The notes below the pieces were generated by a model. It did no database searches. It was not told the DNA's origin and saw only the letters and a program-made list of their open reading frames with translations. DNA of 64,000 bases from an uncultured Gammaproteobacteria bacterium (lineage in GTDB: Bacteria; Patescibacteriota; Patescibacteriia; SG8-24), in contig CAZAOV010000001.1 in the NCBI GenBank assembly GCA_964486995.1, positions 95,168 through 159,167 on the forward strand. Reading direction: 5' to 3'. Positions 57,619 through 64,000 of this stretch are shown piece by piece; the stretch's first letter is position 1; each line of letters begins with the position of its first letter. A program made the position numbers and the translations under genes.

Positions 57619-58830
57619 CTACCCCACAGGCTTCCCTACCGTGTAATTCACGAAGAACGGGTCTGGGATGTCGTCAATCATCTGATTCCAATTTTCACCA
57701 TACAGCCGCTCTGCCGTATCCTCGTCCGGCACCCATCGCAGTACGCCGTCCGCATCTACCGCAAACACTTCTGGACTGGACTCGATTTTCACCATTCTGA
57801 CACCCGGACGATAAGTGACGTTGCCGCCAATGGGAATCTGCGCCATTAGCTCCTTGCTGATTTCAATTACGCCAGCGAAAGAATCGTACCAAGTGTCGTG
57901 CGTTTTTCGGTTTGGAAAAACATATCGCTTGCCGTCAGTTCCGCAATAGTACAGCGTGGAGCTATTCGGTGTCTTGATTCGGCTATTGGGATGGCAGGTG
58001 GTCGTACCCACGGGCAATTCAGCGGCCAATAGACCCTTATCTACCCCAATGGTTTCCGCTGCTGCGATAATTTCTGCTGGCTCATAGATATCAACTGGCT
58101 TCGGTTCCGGCGGCGGCTCCAAGCCCCGTATCGTAAAATCACCGGTCACGGCCATAGCCACAATTCGACCGGCGTTAATGCCCTCGATCTTTAACCGCAC
58201 GACATCCGTGGTGATTACTTCCGGCACGGCCCAGTTGTAGAAACCGGTATTAAACAACTCTCCGGCAAACGGCTCGGCAAAAGTGGTACCACCATCGACC
58301 GACAGGCGCAGTTGAAGATAAGATGGCGCACGACCGATGGTGCTCCACAAAATCTGATGCGTGTCTCCCATCGACAGTTCGGTATCGGCGCTCGGTGAAG
58401 AGATGACGATTTGCGAAGTGTCCTCGGGCTCAGCCTCGTCGGTTTCGCAAAACAGCGAAGAGACGACGATATTTACGGTCTTCGGACCGGTGATAATGAG
58501 TTGGTTTTCCCGACTAGGTGTGACATTGCATACCTGCAGGCTGGCGTTATTCTCCAAGCGGCGTGGATTCGGGCCAAGGGACCGGAATTCAAACGCCTCA
58601 TTCTCGGGAACGGTCACGAATATCGAGTCGCCTTCATGATAGATATCCTCATAAACCGAACCGGCTTTGATCACCAAGGAAAAGCTATCCGTGGCATAAG
58701 AGGTATCCTCGGTGGCGGTTGTATAAACCGGAACCGATTCGATGTATAGCGTGGGCACGGCTTCCTCGGCTAGGGCAGTCATCGGAGCCAGCAAACCAGC
58801 CAGTGTCAGGAGAGTGATTAGTTTTTTCAT
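57619..58830 (-). CDS. Secreted 403-aa paralogue in which the conserved ~125-aa domain is C-terminal, preceded by Ig-like/beta-rich modules.
   Basis: Signal peptide 'MKKLITLLTLAGLLAPMTALA' and a C-terminal 'TDGKRYVFPNRKTHDTWYDSFAGV...IGGNVTYRPGVRMVKIESSPEVFAV'. Confidence 0.7.
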   Translation of the reverse strand: MKKLITLLTLAGLLAPMTALAEEAVPTLYIESVPVYTTATEDTSYATDSFSLVIKAGSVYEDIYHEGDSIFVTVPENEAFEFRSLGPNPRRLENNASLQVCNVTPSRENQLIITGPKTVNIVVSSLFCETDEAEPEDTSQIVISSPSADTELSMGDTHQILWSTIGRAPSYLQLRLSVDGGTTFAEPFAGELFNTGFYNWAVPEVITTDVVRLKIEGINAGRIVAMAVTGDFTIRGLEPPPEPKPVDIYEPAEIIAAAETIGVDKGLLAAELPVGTTTCHPNSRIKTPNSSTLYYCGTDGKRYVFPNRKTHDTWYDSFAGVIEISKELMAQIPIGGNVTYRPGVRMVKIESSPEVFAVDADGVLRWVPDEDTAERLYGENWNQMIDDIPDPFFVNYTVGKPVG

Positions 58831-58921
58831 ATATTAGATAGTAGGTGTGTTGTGATTTGAGGTAATTGTACACAATTTTTGTAGAAGCATATAAGCGTGT
58901 AAACGACTTTTTCATTATTTA

Positions 58922-58947
58922 TGTGTAGAAGTATAGAAGTATAGTAG
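58922..58947. repeat. Left 8-bp tandem-repeat array (TGTGTAGAA GTATAGAA GTATAGTA) flanking the 4HB gene. Inverted partner at 59383-59406.
   Basis: Read directly. Same repeat family as 51486-51600. Confidence 0.6.
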
Positions 58948-59010
58948 GTTGTTTTGGCTAAATATTTCCGTTTGACAACATCGGGACACACTGATAAGCA
59001 ATGTCTTAAT

Positions 59011-59376
59011 ATGAATGTCAGAACTCCATTTACTGAGCTACGAATATGGAAACAAGCGCACAAACTTGCGTTAGAAATTTATAGTATTTCAAACAAATTT
59101 CCGGTCGAGGAAAAATTTGGACTGCAATCCCAAATTAGACGCTCTGTTTCCTCTGTTTCGGCCAATATTGCTGAAGCATCCGGCAGAGAAACCAGGAAAG
59201 ATATTGCTAGATTTCTAACAATATCGAGAGGGTCCGTTCAGGAAACCATCAGCCACTGCTTACTTGCTAAAGACTTGGGAATTATTGATGAAAGCGAGGC
59301 TAATCTGATTATCAATAAATACAATATCCTGGCTGCAGGAATACACAAGTATAAATATGTGGTAATGAATAGGTAG
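59011..59376 (+). CDS. Four-helix-bundle protein of the '23S rRNA intervening-sequence protein' / DGR-Avd family (PF05635/TIGR02436-like). Start at the internal 'MNVRTPFTELRIW'; the ORF opens at 58954.
   Basis: 'W..AH.LALEIY.I...FP.EEKFGL.SQIRRS..SV.ANIAEA.GR....D..RFL.IS.GS..E' matches the family. This is the only plus-strand gene in a minus-strand neighbourhood. Confidence 0.75.
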   Translation: MNVRTPFTELRIWKQAHKLALEIYSISNKFPVEEKFGLQSQIRRSVSSVSANIAEASGRETRKDIARFLTISRGSVQETISHCLLAKDLGIIDESEANLIINKYNILAAGIHKYKYVVMNR

Positions 59377-59382
59377 CCACCC

Positions 59383-59406
59383 TCCTACACTTCTATACTT
59401 CTATAC
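59383..59406. repeat. Right inverted 8-bp tandem-repeat array (CTACACTT CTATACTT CTATACCC).
   Basis: Inverted relative to 58922-58947. Confidence 0.6.
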
Positions 59407-59410
59407 CCCT

Positions 59411-59442
59411 AAACAAAAAACCACCCGTAGGGTGGTTTTTTG
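59411..59442 (+). terminator. Rho-independent terminator CCACCC-gta-GGGTGG-TTTTTT after the 4HB gene.
   Basis: Hairpin with a 6-nt T-run and an A-run 5'. Confidence 0.75.
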
Positions 59443-59995
59443 TCGTCTCGCGAATGAGCGGGACGTTATTGAGAATTCTTCGTCAGATCGAATCGGCTCG
59501 GAATAATGTCGGACGGTCTCGGTTGCGGCGGCTGGCATTGGCAGCCGTGCCACAAAGTGCAGTTCGCACCGACCGACCCTCCCTAAGAGCGCATGGGAAG
59601 AACTATTGGATTCACGCGAAGGCGACATTCCTGTCTGGTGGCACATATATATAAACGGCCTACACATGACGGATGGCGCTGGTTCGCCGTAAACTAACGG
59701 ACTTCCGGAGCGGGGTGGGATGGCTGATGGTAACTAGCTGAACCCGGCGCACAGAGCCTGACGCTCGCCGGACACAACTTCGACTATCTTCAATTATTAG
59801 GAACGCGAATCGACATGGTTTCGAACTTTCGCCGGAGAAGGTGCGCCTTTTTCGCGCGACCCGTCCGCTATCCCCTCGGCAGTCGAGGTGGAGCCGAACT
59901 ATTTTGGCTCGACCCCACTCGACTTACCCCAGGTGAGGGCGGCTTTTAGTTTCCAAGGGAGCCGCTAACCCAGCAAAGTTTCAATTCAGAGTGTC

Positions 59996-62900
59996 CTAGT
60001 TGGACATGGTCTGAGAGTCGGTCGGGAGGACGTTGACGTAGAAGCCATTGGCCCAGTCGGCAGAACCATCATCCAGGTCATCGTGGGCCAACAGTGAAAT
60101 GTCGGACCAGACGAAGCGGGAACCGGTGTCGTCGACCAGCAACGAGTAACCGTTAGCAACGCCGTCGTAATCGAGGTCACCAGTGTCAGCGGCATCGTCG
60201 CCGAGCAGTTTGGTGCTCAGGGAATCGGTGCCTGTGCTGGCATTAGCGACATCCAGTATCAGGTCGTAGGTGACCTGCGAACCGGCGGAAATGACCTCTT
60301 CCTGGTCAAAGACCACAGCGAAGGTACATTCCTCGCCGTCCTCGCAGTTTGCGTCAGTATCAGTGCTGTACACAGTCACGTTACCATCGATGTAGTCGCC
60401 ACCGACGCGGCGGACGGAGGACTTGGTACCGACCGGGTCGACATTGCCGTTGCTCTGGTTCTGGACCTCGAATACGAGACCCTTCAGCGCGACTGCACCG
60501 GCCGCATCGGCGGATACGGTGAAGCGGGAAGCGGTCACGTCACCGGCGGTCAACAGAGAGCCCGGCAGGCTGACGAGAGCCACGCTCGGCTTGCTCTTGC
60601 GACTGACCTTGACGTAGCCGTCAATCTGGTTACTAGGCAGGCCAGCGCCGTTGTTCAGGTTGTCACCATCCAGAACGGTGTTGGAGCCGGAGCCTGTGCC
60701 GCGGGCCTCAAAGTTGGTCTCGACCATGGTCACGGTAGCTTCCATTCCGGTGTCAGCACCAGAGGCGCCAACGCTGTTCAGGTTACCCTTGACGGTCATG
60801 GTCTTGTGGCTGTCCTTCGGCACGACGAAGGTCATGCTGGAGAAGTCAGCGACACCGCCAGCAGTGACGCCCACCGGACCGCCGACTAGCGTCGAGCCGT
60901 CCCATAGGGACAGGCTGCCTACGGCTTCACCGTTGACCACAGTAAAGACGATGTCCTCAACGTTGATCTCTTCGTTCTCGGCGGTGAACTTGTACTTGGC
61001 CAAGACGGCGTTAGAGGTGCCACCGACGACGATACCAGCCTCGGTATCAGCGTCTTCCGGAGCGCGGACAACGTTCAGGTTGCCTGCCAGAGCGACGTTG
61101 TGGTTTGGACCATCAGCCGGGAGACCGACAATCTGTGTGGCCGCAAGCGGCTCACCTTCGGCATCTTCGACGTCACCGTCGAGGTCGCCACCATCAATGT
61201 CGAATTCGAGGTTGGCAACGAGACCGCCGAGCGAGCTGCGCAGGTCAACCTTCAGCGTTACGCCGACGGTCTGACCGGCCGGAACCAAGAGGTTCAGATT
61301 GTCAAAGACAAACTGCTCATTGGTGTTCGGACTCTCGAGTGAACCGAGCTGGGTCGAGCCGTTCCACAAGCTGCCGCTCATAACGACAGTGTCGAGAACT
61401 ACTGATGAATCATCACCAGTGATCGTGATGGTATCGACATACAGGTCGGACGCGTCGTTGGCGGTCAGACCGAAGCCGAATACCTCAACACCGGTACTAC
61501 CTTGGATGAAGGTCTGGGCGACCGGCGTGGAACCTGTAGCAACAGTCAGCTCCGGAGCCACTACTCCATGGTCGTTACCCGCCAGGCGAGTGGCCGGAAC
61601 AAAGTCGAGATCCTCGTCTAGGTCTTCACCGTTGTCGAGATTCCTGACGTCGCCGGTGTTGAATAGGTCATCTTCAGCATCATCACCCCAAGTCACCATA
61701 ACGGTGTCACTGACGATACCAGCGGCATCCTCGATGTCAGCACGTACTGACAAGGTGCGGCTGGAACCAGCACCGATGTTATAGGACTCAGTGAAGTCAA
61801 AGTCCTGCTCGACGACACCGTTGTAGGTGTTTGCCGGACCAGCGATGGTGACACCAGTAGCAGTGTCAACAATCTTCAGGTCAGTGATCACATCATTGAC
61901 ATTAGAACCACCCACTATGGTCACGGTCAGCCCAGTGTTGCGAACCTCAAGGTTTGCCTGGGCGGACAGGGTGATGTTGAGAAGCTCAACGTCACTGGCA
62001 CCAGTAGCAATGTCGCGCGAAGCCGGGCCGTTCAGAACGGCGGTCAGCTTACCAGCCTCGATACCGACGTCACCTGGAGTCCAGCTATCAAGTGTGGCCA
62101 TGCCATAGCCATAGCTCTGACCGACACACAGCAAGTCTGCAACCTGGTCGAGGTCTAATCTGACGACATCGTTAGTATCAACAGCCGCGCTTACGTCAGC
62201 ATAGAGGTCGAAAGTTCGGGGTGAACCATCTTCCAACGAGAACGGAGCGGGCAAAATAAATACCGCCAAATCATCATTCAGACCAGCGACAGTAGCCAGA
62301 GTATCACCACTCTGCTTCAGAACGAAGTTGCTCAGGTCACCAGCGTTAACGCCGCCGACTTCGACAGCGATGCGGGTAAAGTGAGCGTCCTCGTTAGTAG
62401 CCTCAAGCTGGAACTCGCCAATCTTGGCGCCCATCTCACCGGCCTTGATGTCAGCAACTGCGCCTCCGTCTGTGATTTCACACTGACCGGCATTAACACC
62501 AGCAAAGGTGAAGGACGGACCAGTCACCGGAGTGCCGGCGGCGCTCACAGTACCGGAAGTCAGACCAACGATTTGGAACGCGTTAACGTTGCCAGCGTCG
62601 GCTAAATCACCATCAACATCGAGTGGGTTGTCAACATCAACAGCGAGCCAGAAGGACTCGGTAGCGCCCGGGCCAACAGAGACACCCAAGTTTCCGAAGG
62701 TGGTCTCCTGGCTGGAACCACTCAGGGTGCGGCCATTGCTCAGGCGATCGTTGCCATGATAGACGTACACGGCATCGAAGTCATCGACTTCACCCGGACC
62801 AGTGCGGCGCACGGTCAGAGAGTCGAGCGGAAGGGCGGCGGAGCCACCATTCATGACGTCGAATTTCAGTACGTTGACGCCGGTCGCACCCTTCGGAAGG

Positions 62901-63520
62901 GTACCGCCAGACGGCATCATGGAAGACGGACCGACGGTCAAGCTACCGGAACCGGAGCTAGCCGAGAGGCCCTTATCCTCGTTAATAGTGGCCGAGGCGG
63001 CCATAACAGCGGCTGGATCATAGTCGCCGCAGTCAGCGATATCCGCACCGATGGTGTAGTTCACAAAGAACGCATCCGGTACGTCATCGATCTTGGTGTT
63101 CCAGTCCGCACCATAAAGGCAAGTAGCGGTGGCTTCGTCGGCAACCCAGCGGAGGGTGCCATCCATGCCGACTGCATAGACCTTAGGATCGGTCTGGATC
63201 TTAACCATTCTGACACCAGGACGATAGGTGACGTTGCCGCCAATCGGCATCGCCGCCAGCTCGGCGTCAGTGATTGTCTGGACGGCGGAAAAATCCGCGT
63301 ACCAGGTATTGTAAGTTGGTTGATTCGGAAAGACGTAGCGCTTATCGTCCGCGCCGACGTAGTAAACCGCCGGCAGGGATCCGCGCACGAGGTCACCGGA
63401 AGCCGCAGCGTTCGCCGTAAGTGGCGTAACGAGCGCAGCCAAACCGATGGACCAAGCGATCGTTGCTGCAACAACAGCAACGGTGAACGCTCTCCTGCTC
63501 ATTCGTAAAACGTTATGCAT
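59996..63520 (-). CDS. Giant (1174 aa) secreted surface protein. After the signal peptide it carries the conserved ~125-aa domain, then >1000 aa of Thr/Ser/Gly/Asp/Val-rich, Cys-poor beta-rich sequence.
   Basis: Signal peptide 'MSRRAFTVAVVAATIAWSIGLAALVTPLTANA'. Domain 'ADDKRYVFPNQPTYNTWYADFSAV...IGGNVTYRPGVRMVKIQTDPKVYAV'. 50-80-nt stretches share about 85% nucleotide identity with the paralogues. Confidence 0.75.
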   Translation of the reverse strand: MHNVLRMSRRAFTVAVVAATIAWSIGLAALVTPLTANAAASGDLVRGSLPAVYYVGADDKRYVFPNQPTYNTWYADFSAVQTITDAELAAMPIGGNVTYRPGVRMVKIQTDPKVYAVGMDGTLRWVADEATATCLYGADWNTKIDDVPDAFFVNYTIGADIADCGDYDPAAVMAASATINEDKGLSASSGSGSLTVGPSSMMPSGGTLPKGATGVNVLKFDVMNGGSAALPLDSLTVRRTGPGEVDDFDAVYVYHGNDRLSNGRTLSGSSQETTFGNLGVSVGPGATESFWLAVDVDNPLDVDGDLADAGNVNAFQIVGLTSGTVSAAGTPVTGPSFTFAGVNAGQCEITDGGAVADIKAGEMGAKIGEFQLEATNEDAHFTRIAVEVGGVNAGDLSNFVLKQSGDTLATVAGLNDDLAVFILPAPFSLEDGSPRTFDLYADVSAAVDTNDVVRLDLDQVADLLCVGQSYGYGMATLDSWTPGDVGIEAGKLTAVLNGPASRDIATGASDVELLNITLSAQANLEVRNTGLTVTIVGGSNVNDVITDLKIVDTATGVTIAGPANTYNGVVEQDFDFTESYNIGAGSSRTLSVRADIEDAAGIVSDTVMVTWGDDAEDDLFNTGDVRNLDNGEDLDEDLDFVPATRLAGNDHGVVAPELTVATGSTPVAQTFIQGSTGVEVFGFGLTANDASDLYVDTITITGDDSSVVLDTVVMSGSLWNGSTQLGSLESPNTNEQFVFDNLNLLVPAGQTVGVTLKVDLRSSLGGLVANLEFDIDGGDLDGDVEDAEGEPLAATQIVGLPADGPNHNVALAGNLNVVRAPEDADTEAGIVVGGTSNAVLAKYKFTAENEEINVEDIVFTVVNGEAVGSLSLWDGSTLVGGPVGVTAGGVADFSSMTFVVPKDSHKTMTVKGNLNSVGASGADTGMEATVTMVETNFEARGTGSGSNTVLDGDNLNNGAGLPSNQIDGYVKVSRKSKPSVALVSLPGSLLTAGDVTASRFTVSADAAGAVALKGLVFEVQNQSNGNVDPVGTKSSVRRVGGDYIDGNVTVYSTDTDANCEDGEECTFAVVFDQEEVISAGSQVTYDLILDVANASTGTDSLSTKLLGDDAADTGDLDYDGVANGYSLLVDDTGSRFVWSDISLLAHDDLDDGSADWANGFYVNVLPTDSQTMSN

Positions 63521-64000
63521 AAACGTTGTTCCTTTTCTTTAGTTCCTTTCGTGCTTAGTGCTCGAAAGTATAGTTACCGCACGTAGTTCGCCGTATTAGC
63601 GAACCTCGACCTTTCAACTTAACGGGGGTTTAGATTATATATCAGGTCTCGCGACCGTTCGTCGGGACCGTCCGGGGAACCTTTTTATTTGATTCCGCAT
63701 TCGGTTGAATCCGACTGCTATCCACCTTCGTCTATTACTTGAACGAAAGGCAGATGGCAGACGGATTCTGAACTCCCGACCGACAGTCCGTCCTAACGGT
63801 TGCCAGATCCCGTAACGAAATCCGTTCTTGACCGATTCCGTTACTGGAGCTTCAACTGTGTATTCTTCCGCTGACTCTGCTTATGTGTCATTCCTGCCTC
63901 CCGTGACTGGGCTTGCGCGGGGGGATGAGGAGCGTCTCGGAATTATCGGGCGGTCTCTTCGGTGTTTGTTTCGGTCAGCCCCTTGTCTTCCGCATCGGCG

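Noticed and set aside
57547-57849. + strand ORF 57547-57849 spanning the junction of the 974-aa and 403-aa genes.
   Set aside because: It lies antisense to two strongly supported paralogous genes and shows no conserved features.
59446-59995. Possible tmRNA (ssrA) on the minus strand. The 5' 'GGGGUAAGUCGAGUGGGG' resembles the tmRNA 5' end plus D-analog. 'UGCCGAGGGG' matches the PK1 region of E. coli tmRNA, and there is an in-frame UAAUAA double stop.
   Set aside because: I could not find a tRNA-like 3' end (T-arm GGUUCGAnUCC plus acceptor complement and CCA). The only reading frames ending at the double stop give a non-canonical tag (...VDSRS) with no Ala/hydrophobic C-terminus. A 10-mer match in 550 nt can occur by chance. 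It is kept only as a covariance-search suggestion inside the GC-island finding.
1-64000. CRISPR arrays, tRNA genes, rRNA genes, transposases, integrases.
   Set aside because: No regularly spaced direct repeats with unique spacers were found. No cloverleaf-compatible sequences with GTTCGAATCC-type T-loops turned up in any intergenic region (a 'GTTCAATCC' near 33500 lacks complementary stems). No ORF has DDE or tyrosine recombinase motifs.

Overview
This 64 kb window looks like a compact, gene-dense bacterial chromosome segment, with about 93% coding, many 1-8 nt gene overlaps and little Shine-Dalgarno usage. The gene content suggests a small-genome uncultivated lineage (Patescibacteria/CPR-like), but that is an inference only. 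Recognisable housekeeping genes are: a reduced cell-wall/division (dcw) cluster (mraY, lon, ftsW, murG); Fe-S assembly (cysteine desulfurase plus Nfu); rpmA, pyrG, rplI, a NUDIX hydrolase, a C-terminal processing protease and murA. A type IV pilus locus (pilB, pilC, three pilin-like genes including 600-aa and 482-aa ones, pilM/N/O) sits at about 12.7-22.3 kb. A surface-glycan locus of about 18 kb contains rmlA/D/C/B, UDP-xylose synthase, two GT2, two GT4, GtrA, a PMT/ArnT-like GT-C enzyme, a CDP-alcohol phosphatidyltransferase and a 759-aa polytopic membrane protein. It is followed by a secreted S8 protease. The least expected content is: (i) a 1011-aa soluble protein built from two tandem, diverged GGDEF-like (GGGDEY) palm-cyclase modules, with a ~1.45 kb intragenic duplication; (ii) three adjacent secreted paralogues (974, 403 and 1174 aa) that share an unrecognised ~125-aa domain placed N-terminally in two and C-terminally in one; (iii) an Avd/'23S rRNA IVS'-family four-helix-bundle gene, the only plus-strand gene among these minus-strand neighbours, bracketed by inverted arrays of an 8-bp tandem repeat, with an ORF-less copy of the same inverted arrays 7 kb away; (iv) a ~550-nt GC-rich ORF-free island next to it. 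No rRNA, tRNA, CRISPR array, transposase or integrase could be supported from the sequence.
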